The position numbers and the translations under genes are program-made. The notes under the pieces are model-generated. The model ran no database searches and was not told the DNA's origin. It was given only the letters and a program-made list of their open reading frames with translations. Source: Dongiaceae bacterium (GTDB lineage Bacteria > Pseudomonadota > Alphaproteobacteria > Dongiales > Dongiaceae). Taken from it: DNA of 64,000 bases. Below are positions 10,879 to 20,697 of the stretch, in pieces; the first letter of the stretch is position 1, and the number at the start of each line of letters is the position of its first letter. The stretch lies in NCBI GenBank assembly GCA_035548715.1, contig DASZSL010000045.1:1-64000 (forward strand), written 5' to 3'.

Positions 10879-11670
10879 TCAGCCCAGCGCTTCCGCGAGT
10901 TTCTCGATGTGGTGGCCGGCGGCGACCAGGCGCGCACGCTCGACCAGGCGGGCGGCCACCACGGCCTGGACCTCGGCGAAGGGCGGCAGGCGGCCGGACT
11001 CGACCCGGTCCATCAGCAGCACGTGGAAACCCAGGGATGACGGGACCGGCAGCGGGAAGACCTCGCCTTCCTTCAGGCTGAAGAAGGCATCGGCGGCGGC
11101 GCTCGCCCAGCCGCCGCGGGCGACCGGTCCGATCCGGCCGCCGCGCGCCCGCGACGCGGCGGCGGAATAGACCACCAGGTCCTGGAACACGCGCCGGTTA
11201 TAGACCAGCATCGCGATCACGCGCTCGGCGCGGCTATAGGCCTCGACCCGCCAGATGCGGTCGCCGATATCGCCGCCGAACAGGATCTCGCGGCCCTCGT
11301 AGAGCGTCGGCGTGCGGAATGCGTCGGCATTCTCCTCATAGTGCTGCCGGCAGGCCGCGGGGCCGGGCGCCGCCACGGCGAAGCGATCGGCCAGCAGGGA
11401 AGGCAGGCGCGCATCGCGCAACTGCTCGGCGGGCTTCCCGGGAATCCCGTGATGCGTGGCGATCGCGCACACTTCCTCAAGGCCCGGCACCATGGCCCGG
11501 CCGATCGCGAGCAGCGCCTCCGCGAGCAAGGCCTCATAGTCGCCGAGCGGCGCGGGAATCGGATCGGCCCGGAGCGCCACCAGATCGAGAGCGCGTCGCG
11601 CGGGTCGTGCGATGAACTCCCTCACCGATCCGCCGTAAGGCGATCGCCGGTCATGCGCGAATTCGGCCAT
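10879..11670 (-). CDS. parvulin-type (PpiC) peptidyl-prolyl isomerase-like protein, paralog 2
   Basis: C-terminal ...SAAASRARGGRIGPVARGGWASAAADAFFSLKEGEVFPLPVPSSLGFHVLLMDR rotamase block; roughly 40% identity to the neighbouring paralog by eye. Confidence 0.65.
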   Translation of the reverse strand: MAEFAHDRRSPYGGSVREFIARPARRALDLVALRADPIPAPLGDYEALLAEALLAIGRAMVPGLEEVCAIATHHGIPGKPAEQLRDARLPSLLADRFAVAAPGPAACRQHYEENADAFRTPTLYEGREILFGGDIGDRIWRVEAYSRAERVIAMLVYNRRVFQDLVVYSAAASRARGGRIGPVARGGWASAAADAFFSLKEGEVFPLPVPSSLGFHVLLMDRVESGRLPPFAEVQAVVAARLVERARLVAAGHHIEKLAEALG

Positions 11671-11944
11671 CCCGCACCAAGATCATCGTCGATCCGCCAT
11701 TGCGGCGAATCGGTACCCCTAAACACTTGAATCGATTCATACAGTTGGCCGTCGATTCGACGGTAGTAAAAATCGCGTCAAATTTTCGCTAAATTCCCGG
11801 CCAAGGTTGGAATTGCCGGTTGACGGACGCATGACACGCCCGATCCGAATCACGTCGACCCGGCCCGGGGCCATGCATCCGGCGCGGCGCGGCGCGCATC
11901 GACTCCGGTTTGCGTCGGCGCCGAGAGGAGACTAGGTTCTGCCG

Positions 11945-12403
11945 ATGGCCTCCAATCCCAAGCTGCGCGAGAAACCGCCATTCTGGAAGACGACGCCGCT
12001 CGGGCAGATGACTCGCCGGGAATGGGAGAGCCTGTGCGACGGCTGCGGCCGCTGCTGCCTGGAAAAGCTCCGGGACGTGGATACCGGCGAGCTGCACTTC
12101 ACCAACGTCGCCTGCCGGCAGCTCGATCTGCGCAACTGCCGCTGCAAGGATTATGAGCACCGCAAGGAACTCGTGCCCGACTGCGTCCAGTTGACGCCGC
12201 GCAATATCCGGCGCTTCGATTGGCTGCCCGAGACCTGCGCCTACCGGCTGCTGGCTGAGGGCAAGGACTTGGCATGGTGGCATCCCTTGGTCTCCGGCGA
12301 TCCCCGGACGGTGCATCAGGCGGGCATCTCGGTGCGGCAGCGCGCGGTCTCCGAAGCCAAGGCCGGCGACCTGGAAGATCACATCGTCGATTGGATCCGC
12401 TAG
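11945..12403 (+). CDS. YcgN family cysteine-cluster protein (UPF0260)
   Basis: [12 protein letters not shown]...[15 protein letters not shown] cysteine cluster is diagnostic. Confidence 0.85.
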   Translation: MASNPKLREKPPFWKTTPLGQMTRREWESLCDGCGRCCLEKLRDVDTGELHFTNVACRQLDLRNCRCKDYEHRKELVPDCVQLTPRNIRRFDWLPETCAYRLLAEGKDLAWWHPLVSGDPRTVHQAGISVRQRAVSEAKAGDLEDHIVDWIR

Positions 12404-12440
12404 CCCGAGTGACGAGCCGGACCGGAGCGCACCCTTCTGC

Positions 12441-13016
12441 ATGATCAGCTTCGCCGAATTTGAGATCGCCGTGCGCGGCCTGCTGCACCTGGTGCGCTTC
12501 GACGCCGCCTTTGCCGGCTTCTTCGACCTCTCGCGGGAGGGCGCGCGGCGATCGTTCCGCCTCGCCTTCCCGCTGCTGCCGATCAGCCTGCTGGCGTTCA
12601 ATCTCAACATCAAATGGCCCGACGGGAGCGACATGGTGCGCATCGGGGCCGCGGAACTGATCGGCTATACGCTGGGCTGGACCCTGCTGCCGCTGCTGCT
12701 GCTCTGGTGCGGGCAGGCATTCCGGCTCGGACCGCGGGTCTTCGGCGCCGTTGCCGTCTATAACTGGCTCAGCGTGCTTTCCGTGGCGATCCAGCTGCCG
12801 ATCTCGGTCGCCGTTCGCCTGGGCTTCGACCAGACGATCGGCGGCTTGCTGAGCGAAGGCGGCGTGATCTTCATCACCGCCTGCGAGTTCTTCGCCTTCA
12901 AGCGCCTGCTCGGCGTCGCCTTCGAGGCCGCCCTGGCGCTCGCCATCACCGACTTCTTCATCGGCTGGCTGCTGATCCGCGAGCTGATCGTGCCGCTCGC
13001 CCTCGGTCAGTTCTGA
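12441..13016 (+). CDS. hypothetical integral membrane protein
   Basis: Multiple hydrophobic helices; no recognised family. Confidence 0.45.
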   Translation: MISFAEFEIAVRGLLHLVRFDAAFAGFFDLSREGARRSFRLAFPLLPISLLAFNLNIKWPDGSDMVRIGAAELIGYTLGWTLLPLLLLWCGQAFRLGPRVFGAVAVYNWLSVLSVAIQLPISVAVRLGFDQTIGGLLSEGGVIFITACEFFAFKRLLGVAFEAALALAITDFFIGWLLIRELIVPLALGQF

Positions 13017-13022
13017 ACGCGT

Positions 13023-14177
13023 TCAGGCCGCGGCGTCGAGCTCCGCTTCGCGCATCCGCAGGACCCGGAGCCGGCTCTCGACGTCCTCCTTGTTGAGATA
13101 GGCGCCGGCGAGGCGCCGATAGCCCTGATAGGCGTCGCGCGCGTGCAGCAGGCGCCAGTTGTCGAACAGCACCAGCGATCCCGGCTCCAGGCGGCGGCGG
13201 TATTGCAGCCGCCGGTCGCCGGCCAGCCGCGCGAAGGCGCCGTAGGCCCGGTAGAACGCCTTCAGCTCGGCCTCGGGCAGGAAAATCGGCGCGCGGTCGA
13301 GCGGGTTGTAGCTGACCTGGACCAGGCGGCCGGCGGAATCGAGGCGGAACACCGGCCGCCGCGCCATCAGGTGGATGCCCTTCTCGTGGTCGATGTACTG
13401 GCCGGTGACCTCGACCTCGGTCAGCACGCGGTAGAGGTCGGGCATCTCGGCCCGCATGATCGCCGCGATCTCGAAGCCGTCGATCAGCACGCTGTCGCCG
13501 CCGGTGCAGTCGAGCCCGAGGCAGTGGAACATCTGGTAGCCCGGCGCGTCGAAGCTGTAGGTGCCGTCGGTATGCGGACCGATCGCCATCGACGTATAGG
13601 CGGTGTCCTTATGCTCCATGTTGGCGGTGAAGTCGTAGTAGCCGCCGAAGATCGTCTCGCGGATATAGGCCGCACGCCGCGCCACCGCCTGGGTCGCCTC
13701 CGGCGTCGCCGGCACGCCCTCGACGAAGGCAAAGCCCAAGCGCGCGATCTGCTCCAGCCATTGCCGCAGCGCGCGATCGCCCGCGGCGCCCGGCGCCATC
13801 AGGGCCGCATACTGGACCTGCGGCACCGCGCCGCCGAGCCGTGCCTCGTCCCAGAGCTCGCGCTCTTCCCGGGCCGCGCCGCCGAGCTGCGTCGCGGCGC
13901 GCAGCCAGGCGTCCTCGAAGCGGCTGAGATGGGTGCCGCGCGGCTCGGCCCACTCGATCTCCAGCGCCGGGTCGTTGGCGGCGAAGCTGATGCGCCGCGC
14001 CGCGATGTCGGCGCCGACGAAACTGTCCGAGAGGCGCTGGCGGGTCTCGGGATGGAGGCAGGCGGGACACGGGCAGTGGTCGCGCAGCCAGAGCAGCGGC
14101 ACTGCGGCGCGATGCCCGTCGGCCCAGGCGAGGCTCACGGTCTCGCCTTCGATCTTCACGTCGCTCAGCATGGCCAT
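13023..14177 (-). CDS. gamma-butyrobetaine hydroxylase-like Fe(II)/2-oxoglutarate dioxygenase (TauD/TfdA family with N-terminal GBBH-like DUF971 domain)
   Basis: N-terminal Cys-containing GBBH-like domain (WLRDHCPCPAC), HTDGTY facial-triad region, C-terminal R..W..LHAR. Confidence 0.75.
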   Translation of the reverse strand: MAMLSDVKIEGETVSLAWADGHRAAVPLLWLRDHCPCPACLHPETRQRLSDSFVGADIAARRISFAANDPALEIEWAEPRGTHLSRFEDAWLRAATQLGGAAREERELWDEARLGGAVPQVQYAALMAPGAAGDRALRQWLEQIARLGFAFVEGVPATPEATQAVARRAAYIRETIFGGYYDFTANMEHKDTAYTSMAIGPHTDGTYSFDAPGYQMFHCLGLDCTGGDSVLIDGFEIAAIMRAEMPDLYRVLTEVEVTGQYIDHEKGIHLMARRPVFRLDSAGRLVQVSYNPLDRAPIFLPEAELKAFYRAYGAFARLAGDRRLQYRRRLEPGSLVLFDNWRLLHARDAYQGYRRLAGAYLNKEDVESRLRVLRMREAELDAAA

Positions 14178-14266
14178 CCTCTCCTCCGTCAGAGGCGGCA
14201 GTAATAATACGTTCGTATAATAACGCGCAAGCGGTTATTTTACGGGTGTAAAATTAGGAGGCCGCC

Positions 14267-14926
14267 ATTCCCCGCGCCGCCCGATCCGCCCCGCCCGGGC
14301 CGAGCCCACGGGCAAGCCAGGGGCCGAAATTCACCCGCGACCTGCCGGAGGCGCGGCGCCGGCAGCTGATCGAGGCGACGGCGCGCTGCCTCGCCAAGCA
14401 CGGCCTTGCCGGCACGTCGGTGCGCCAGGTCGCGGCCGAGGCCGGCGTCTCGGCCGGGCTGGTGCGGCACCATTTCGAGGGCATGCACCGGCTGGTGGCC
14501 GAGACCTATCGCAGCACCGGCAAGGAGATCGCCGCAGTCGTGGCCGCGGCGCTGGAAGCGGCGGGCGGCGAGCCGGAGGCGCGGCTGCGCGCCTTCATCG
14601 ACGCCAACCTGCGGCCGCCGCTGCTCGACCCCGAGCGCCTCGCGGTCTGGCTCGCCTTCTGGAGCCTCGCGCGCAGCGACGCCGAGATCCGGCGCATTCA
14701 CGCGCGGGTCTATCGCGAATACCGGCGCATGATCGAGGAGATGCTGACCGCGCTCGCGGCGGCGCTGAAGCGGCCCATCGACACGCGCCGCGCGGCGCTG
14801 CACCTGGTCGCACTGCTCGACGGGCTGTGGCTCGAGCATTGCCTCGACCCGGAGACCTTCGACGCGGCCGAGGCCGCCGCGATCGCCCATCGCTGGGTCG
14901 ATGGACTGAGGGCCGGCGCGGCCTAG
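14267..14926 (+). CDS. TetR/AcrR family transcriptional regulator; start codon uncertain (no in-frame ATG/GTG/TTG after the upstream stop)
   Basis: HTH LAKHGLAGTSVRQVAAEAGVSAGLVRHHF; in-frame reading from 14258 gives EAAIPRAARSAPPGPSPRASQGPKFTRDL... before the HTH. Confidence 0.65.
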   Translation: MPRAARSAPPGPSPRASQGPKFTRDLPEARRRQLIEATARCLAKHGLAGTSVRQVAAEAGVSAGLVRHHFEGMHRLVAETYRSTGKEIAAVVAAALEAAGGEPEARLRAFIDANLRPPLLDPERLAVWLAFWSLARSDAEIRRIHARVYREYRRMIEEMLTALAAALKRPIDTRRAALHLVALLDGLWLEHCLDPETFDAAEAAAIAHRWVDGLRAGAA

Positions 14927-16347
14927 CGCGCGAAGCGCCGCAGCAGCACCGCGATCACGACGACGACCCCGCATTCCATCAGCACGGCGCGGCCGAATCC
15001 CGCGGTGGCCGCGGCGACCGGCAGCACGCCGCCGGTCTCGTGCAGGCCGAACAGGATGATGCCGACGATGGCGACGCCGAAGGCGACGCCCAGCTGCTGC
15101 ATGGTGGCCAGCACGCCCGACGCCATCCCGGCGTGGGTCTCCGGCAGCATGCCGAGGATCGCGTTCAGCAGCGGCGTCAGGATCGCACCCTGCACCGCGC
15201 CGATCACGAGCAGTACCGGCATCAGGGCGACGATCGAGGGTCGGGCCGGCATCAGGAAGAGGAGAACGGCCAGCACCCCGAACGCCGCGAGATAGATCAT
15301 GCCGCCCCAATTCAGCACCTTGCGGCCGTAGCGCTGGGTCAGCCGCGGCACCAGCAGCGACACTAAGGCGAAGGCGGCCGAGATCGGCGTCAGCACGAAG
15401 GCGGCCTCCAAAGGCGTCCGCCCGGTGCCGAACTGCAGGAACACGGCGAAGGAGAAGTAATAGGGCGCCATGCTGGCATAGAACAGGAAGCAGAGCAGCG
15501 CGCCGGTCACGAAATACGGCACCCGGAACAGCCGGATCGAGAGCAGCGGCGCATGCCCGGTCTGCTCGAAGCGCGTCTCGTGCGTCACGAACAGCGCCAG
15601 GATCGGCAGGGCGACCACGCCCAGGATCGCGGCGGGCCCGATGCCGAGCGCGCGCAGGCCGATGAAGGCCGCCAGCAGAAAGCCGAGGCCCAGCGCCGAG
15701 AGCGCTACGCCGCGCAGATCGAGCCGGATCGCGGTCGACACCCGGGACTCGTCGAGCCAGCGGAGTCCGAAGGAAACCGCCGCGATGCCGATCGGCAGGT
15801 TGACCAGGAAGACCAGCCGCCAGCCGAGGCCCCAGAGATCGCTGCCGATCAGGAAACCGCCGACCAGCTGGCCCGAGGCCGCGGCGATGCCGATGACCAG
15901 ACCCATGATGCCGAAGGCGCGCCGGCGCTCGTCGCCGTTGAACCCGACCCGGATCGAGGCCAGCACCTGGGGCAGCACCAGCGAGGCGGTCATGCCCTGC
16001 ACCACCCGCGCCACCACCAGGGTCGCGGCGCTCGGCGCCACGCCGCACAGCACCGAGGCGACGGTGAACGCGGCCATGCCGATGAGGAACGTGCGCTTGC
16101 GCCCGTGGATGTCGCCGAGCCGGCCGCCGGTCACCAGCAGCACGCCGTATCCCAGGCTGTAGCCGGCGATCATCAGCTCCAGCGCCGCGCCACCGGCATG
16201 GAGGCCGCGGGCGATGCTGGGGATGGCGATCTGCACGATCATGGCGTCCAGCACGGTCACGAAACTGCCGCAGAGCAGCACGGCCAGGCCGAGCCAATGC
16301 CGGCGGCCGGCGGCGACGGGCGTGGAGGCGATCTCGCTGACGAGCAT
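14923..16347 (-). CDS. MFS transporter, DHA2 (14-TMS EmrB/QacA-like) drug:H+ antiporter family
   Basis: 14 predicted TM helices; MFS motif GGRLGDIHGRKRTF. Confidence 0.85.
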   Translation of the reverse strand: MLVSEIASTPVAAGRRHWLGLAVLLCGSFVTVLDAMIVQIAIPSIARGLHAGGAALELMIAGYSLGYGVLLVTGGRLGDIHGRKRTFLIGMAAFTVASVLCGVAPSAATLVVARVVQGMTASLVLPQVLASIRVGFNGDERRRAFGIMGLVIGIAAASGQLVGGFLIGSDLWGLGWRLVFLVNLPIGIAAVSFGLRWLDESRVSTAIRLDLRGVALSALGLGFLLAAFIGLRALGIGPAAILGVVALPILALFVTHETRFEQTGHAPLLSIRLFRVPYFVTGALLCFLFYASMAPYYFSFAVFLQFGTGRTPLEAAFVLTPISAAFALVSLLVPRLTQRYGRKVLNWGGMIYLAAFGVLAVLLFLMPARPSIVALMPVLLVIGAVQGAILTPLLNAILGMLPETHAGMASGVLATMQQLGVAFGVAIVGIILFGLHETGGVLPVAAATAGFGRAVLMECGVVVVIAVLLRRFAR

Positions 16348-16472
16348 CGGTCGGCCTTTCGCGTTCGGGATGGCGGAGGCGCCGCGGCCTGGACAGGGCG
16401 CGGCAAGGGGTGCATTTTGGCGCGGATTGATCCTATTACCAGATTAGAACTTATCCTGTTAGTGAGACCAAT

Positions 16473-17297
16473 ATGCCGCAAGGCAGCCTCGAACGCTCGC
16501 GGACCGATCTCAGCGATTTCCTGATGAGCCGCCGCGCGCGGCTCTCGCCCGCCGACGTCGGCCTGCCCGACGGCGGCCGGCGCCGCACCAAGGGGCTGCG
16601 CCGCGAGGAGGTGGCTTCGCTCGCCGGCGTCGGCCTCACCTGGTACACCTGGTTCGAGCAGGGCCGCGACATCCGCGTCTCGCCCGACTTCCTGGAGAAC
16701 GTCGCGCGGGCGCTGCGCCTCAACGGCGCCGAGCGGCGGCACCTCTTCGTGCTGCTCGACCAGGACAGCGCGCCGATCGTCACCGCGCCCGAGCGCAAGG
16801 TCTCCCCGGCGCAGCAGCGCCTGATCGACGGCATGCCGAACTTTCCGGCCTATTACCGCACCGCGCGCTGGGACGTGATCGGCTGGAACAAGCCCGCGCA
16901 CCGGCTGTTCGGCTTCGGCAGGCTGAAGCCCGAGGAGCGCAACCTGATGCGCATGATGTTCCTGGACGAAGAGTTCCGCGGCATGGTGACGAACTGGGCG
17001 CTCGCGGCACCCAATCTGGTCGCCAAGTTCCGCGGCGACTATGCGCGCTATCGCGGCGATCCCGCGGCCGAGGCGCTGATCAAGGAACTCAGCCAACGCT
17101 CGCCCGAGTTCAAGCTGTGGTGGCGGCGCCACGACGTGCTGTCGCCGGGCGAGGGCATCAAGACGCTGCGCCTGCCGGGCAAGGGCGTCATGCTGTACGA
17201 GCACACCAGCTTCTCGGTCAACGGCGAGCCCGACCTCGATCTCGTGGTATATGCCCCGCTCGGCCCCGCCAAGCCGCGCAGCGGACGCAAGCAATGA
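16473..17297 (+). CDS. MmyB-like helix-turn-helix transcriptional regulator (XRE HTH plus MmyB ligand-binding domain)
   Basis: N-terminal LSDFLMSRRARLSPADVGL...RRTKGLRREEVASLAGV HTH; divergent from the MFS gene. Confidence 0.75.
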   Translation: MPQGSLERSRTDLSDFLMSRRARLSPADVGLPDGGRRRTKGLRREEVASLAGVGLTWYTWFEQGRDIRVSPDFLENVARALRLNGAERRHLFVLLDQDSAPIVTAPERKVSPAQQRLIDGMPNFPAYYRTARWDVIGWNKPAHRLFGFGRLKPEERNLMRMMFLDEEFRGMVTNWALAAPNLVAKFRGDYARYRGDPAAEALIKELSQRSPEFKLWWRRHDVLSPGEGIKTLRLPGKGVMLYEHTSFSVNGEPDLDLVVYAPLGPAKPRSGRKQ

Positions 17298-17307
17298 GCC
17301 ACCGGCA

Positions 17308-18003
17308 GTGAGCATCACGACCGTCGCCCTCGATGCCGACGATACGCTCTGGCACAACGAGTCGATCTTCCATCTGACCCAGCAGAAGTACTTCTCGCTG
17401 CTGCAGGACTACGGCGACGCCGACCATATGATGGCGCGCCTGCTGGAAGTCGAGCGCCGGAACCTGGCGCTCTACGGCTACGGCGTGAAGGGCTTCACCC
17501 TCTCGATGATCGAGACCGCGATCGATCTGACGCGGGGCGCGGTGCCCGCCAAGACCATCCGGGAGATCATGGATCTCGGCCGCGCGATGCTCGAACACCC
17601 GGTCGAGCCGCTCCCGGGCGTCGCCGAGACCCTGGCGACGCTGCACGGCAAGGTCCGGGTGGTGATGATCACCAAGGGGGACCTGCTGAACCAGGAGCAG
17701 AAGCTGGCGCGTTCCGGCCTCGGCGAGAGGTTCGACGCGATCGAGATCGTCAGCGAGAAGGACGCCAACACCTATCGCCGCATCGCCACCCGCCACGGCA
17801 TCGCCGTCGATGACGCGGTGATGATCGGCAACTCGCTGAAATCCGACGTGCTGCCGGCCTTGGAAGCCGGGTTGTGGGGCATCCACATCCCCTATCACAT
17901 CACCTGGGCGCATGAGCGCGCCGAGCCGCCGGCGGATTCCCCGCGCTTCGCCAGGCTGGACTCGATCAGCGAGCTGCCGGGCTGGCTGAAGACCCATGGC
18001 TGA
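17308..18003 (+). CDS. HAD-family hydrolase (GTG start)
   Basis: ALDADDTLWHNE motif I; KGD and GNSLKSD motifs. Confidence 0.75.
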   Translation: MSITTVALDADDTLWHNESIFHLTQQKYFSLLQDYGDADHMMARLLEVERRNLALYGYGVKGFTLSMIETAIDLTRGAVPAKTIREIMDLGRAMLEHPVEPLPGVAETLATLHGKVRVVMITKGDLLNQEQKLARSGLGERFDAIEIVSEKDANTYRRIATRHGIAVDDAVMIGNSLKSDVLPALEAGLWGIHIPYHITWAHERAEPPADSPRFARLDSISELPGWLKTHG

Positions 18004-18445
18004 GATCCGCCGCGCGCGTCCGGGCGACGCGGCGGCGATCGCCGCGCTCACGCGCGAGGCCTATCAGAAATGGGTGCCGGTGATCGGCCGCCTGCCCAAG
18101 CCGATGGCCGCCGACTACGACGCCGCCGTGCGCGACCACCTGATCGAGCTCCTGGAAGCGGATGGCGCGCTGGTGGCGCTGGTCGAGTGCATCGTGGAGC
18201 GCGACCACCTGCTGGTCGAGAATCTCGCGGTGGCGCCCGCGCATCAGGGCAAGGGCCACGGCCGCCGCCTGATGGCGCGGGTGGAGGAGCTGGCGCGCGC
18301 GCTCGGCCTGGAGGAGATCCGCCTCTACACCAACAAGCTGTTCGCCGAGAACGTCGACTTCTACCGGAGGCTCGGCTACCGCATCGACGGCGAGAGCGCG
18401 TTCAAGGGCGGCCTCATCGTGCATATGAGCCGCCGGCTGTCCTGA
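17996..18445 (+). CDS. GNAT family N-acetyltransferase
   Basis: VAPAHQGKGHGRRLM acetyl-CoA binding motif. Confidence 0.85.
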   Translation: MAEIRRARPGDAAAIAALTREAYQKWVPVIGRLPKPMAADYDAAVRDHLIELLEADGALVALVECIVERDHLLVENLAVAPAHQGKGHGRRLMARVEELARALGLEEIRLYTNKLFAENVDFYRRLGYRIDGESAFKGGLIVHMSRRLS

Positions 18446-18672
18446 TCGCGTTGCGAATCACTCTCGGCCTAAGTGCCTGATCCGCGTCTTGCGAAACATG
18501 CCGTAAGCTGCTGATCGGATTCGCCGATCCGGCGTTTACGCGGAATATCGCCAAACGCGTATGGAAATGCCGGCCATCCGGGGCCATTTCGATCCCTCAC
18601 CGTGGGAAAGCCCGTTCGGGGCTACGTCCCTTCCGTCGGGCCGGATGGGCCCGTCTTGGAGGTTCTCCCCTC

Positions 18673-20697
18673 ATGTTCGAGGTTCTCGCTCTGGTGCCTG
18701 GTTGGCTCTGGCTGACCGGGTCGATCGTGCTGGCGCTGGCGTTCGTCTGGCTCACCGGCGTGATCCGCTACATCCCCAACAACAGCATCGCCATCGTCGA
18801 GAAGCTGTGGAGCGGCAAGGGCTCGGTCGAGGCCGGGCTGATCGCGCTCGACGGCGAGGCCGGCTATCAGCCGCAGGTGCTGCGCGGCGGCTATCACTTC
18901 TTCTTCCCGCTGCAGTACCGGCTGCACCAGGTGCCGCTGGTGACGATCCCGCAGGGCCAGATCGGCTACGTCTTCGCCCGCGACGGCGCATCGCTGCCGG
19001 CGACGCAGACGCTCGGCTCCAACCTGAGCGCCGACGACTTCCAGAACGCGACGCACTTCCTGGCCAACGGCGGCCAGAAGGGCCCGCAGCGCAAGATCCT
19101 GCGCGAGGGCACCTATGCGATCAACCTGGCGCAGTTCGTCATCCTGACGCATGACGCAGTGCACGCGCTGGAGCTCGAAAGCGGCGAGCAGGTGCTGTTC
19201 GACCGCATGCGCGCCTTGCTCGAGGAGCGCCTGGGCTTCGAGCCGGTGGTGATCAAGGACGCGAACGACGCGCTCGGCGTCGTGACGGTGCATGACGGCC
19301 CGGCCCTGCCGGCCGGCCAGATCATCGCGCCGACGGTCGGCGACGACCCGAAGGCCGCGACCTTCCACAACAACTTCCAGGACCCGGAGCGATTCCTCGC
19401 CGCCGGCGGCTGCCGCGGCCGCCAGCTCCAGGTGCTGGTGGAAGGCACCTACTACATCAACCGCCTGTTCGCCACGGTCGAGCGCATCGCCAAGACCGTG
19501 ATCGAGGTCGGCCATGTGGGCGTCGTCGTCTCCTATACCGGCGACGACGGCCAGGACACGTCGGGCGCCGAGTACCGCCACGGCGAGCTGGTCGAGCGCG
19601 GCAAACGCGGCGTCTGGGCCGAGCCCCTGCTGCCCGGCAAGTACGCGTTCAACACCTATGCCGGCAAGGTGCTCAGCGTGCCCACGACCAACTTCATCCT
19701 GAAATGGGACCATGCGGCCACCGGCTCGCACAAATACGACGAGAACCTGGCCGAGGTGTCGCTGATCACCCGCGACGCGTTCGAGCCGACGCTGCCGCTC
19801 TCGGTGGTCGTGCATATCGACTACCGCAAGGCGCCGCTGGTGGTGCAGCGCTTCGGCGACATCAAGAAACTGGTGGAGCAGACCCTGGACCCGATGGTCT
19901 CGGCCTATTTCAAGAACGTGGCGCAGACCCGCACGCTCATCCAGCTCCTGCAGGAGCGCGCCGAGATCCAGCGCACTTCCGGCGAGGAGATGAAGAGCAA
20001 GTTCGCGCAGTACAACCTGGAGCTCCAGGAAGTGCTGATCGGCACGCCCGGCACCGGCGCCAAGAGCAGCGACCAGATCGAGAAGATCCTGATCCAGCTC
20101 CGCCAGCGCCAGATCGCCGACGAGCAGGTCGGCACCTATGAGCGGCAGGCGATCGCCGCCCGGAAGGAGCGCGAGCTGCGCGAGATGGAGGCCCGCGCCA
20201 AGCAGCAGACCGGCATCACCGAGAGCGAGCTCTCGATCCTGATCCAGGAGAACCAGGGCAAGGCGAACCTGGCCCGCTCGCAGCAGGAAGCCGACCAGAC
20301 CCGCACGCTGGCCCAGGCCGAGGCGGACCGCATCCGCCTGCTCGGCGAAGGCGAGGCGAAGAAGGTCGTGGCACTCGCATCGGCAGAAGCCGAGCGCGTG
20401 ACCAAGGTCGGTCTCGCCGAGGCCGAGGCGATCGCCAAGCAGGTCGATGCCTCGGGCGGGCCGCGCTATCAGCTCAGCCGCCAGATCGCCGAGCGCTTCG
20501 CCGAGGCGCTGGAGAAGTCGGGCGTCGACATCGTGCCGCGGATCGCGATCGGCGGGGCGGGCGCTGCAACCGCCGGCGGCGGCAATAACGTGATGCAGGC
20601 CCTGCTTTCGGTCCTGCTCGCGGAGAAGACGGGTGAGCCGGTGGCGGACGTCGCCACCGATCGCCCGAAGCCGAACGGCGCGGCACACGCGGCGTAG
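18673..20697 (+). CDS. flotillin family protein (SPFH/band-7 domain, YqiK-like, 674 aa) with long coiled-coil EA-rich C-terminus
   Basis: N-terminal TM, SPFH domain, extended coiled-coil (QQEADQTRTLAQAEADRIRLLGEGEAKK...). Confidence 0.8.
   Translation: MFEVLALVPGWLWLTGSIVLALAFVWLTGVIRYIPNNSIAIVEKLWSGKGSVEAGLIALDGEAGYQPQVLRGGYHFFFPLQYRLHQVPLVTIPQGQIGYVFARDGASLPATQTLGSNLSADDFQNATHFLANGGQKGPQRKILREGTYAINLAQFVILTHDAVHALELESGEQVLFDRMRALLEERLGFEPVVIKDANDALGVVTVHDGPALPAGQIIAPTVGDDPKAATFHNNFQDPERFLAAGGCRGRQLQVLVEGTYYINRLFATVERIAKTVIEVGHVGVVVSYTGDDGQDTSGAEYRHGELVERGKRGVWAEPLLPGKYAFNTYAGKVLSVPTTNFILKWDHAATGSHKYDENLAEVSLITRDAFEPTLPLSVVVHIDYRKAPLVVQRFGDIKKLVEQTLDPMVSAYFKNVAQTRTLIQLLQERAEIQRTSGEEMKSKFAQYNLELQEVLIGTPGTGAKSSDQIEKILIQLRQRQIADEQVGTYERQAIAARKERELREMEARAKQQTGITESELSILIQENQGKANLARSQQEADQTRTLAQAEADRIRLLGEGEAKKVVALASAEAERVTKVGLAEAEAIAKQVDASGGPRYQLSRQIAERFAEALEKSGVDIVPRIAIGGAGAATAGGGNNVMQALLSVLLAEKTGEPVADVATDRPKPNGAAHAA

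Noticed and set aside
14240-16297. 685-aa minus-strand ORF
   Set aside because: It spans the TetR gene in antisense and is out of frame with the MFS gene. The MFS frame (14923-16347) shows 14 TM helices, and this frame is Arg-rich nonsense.
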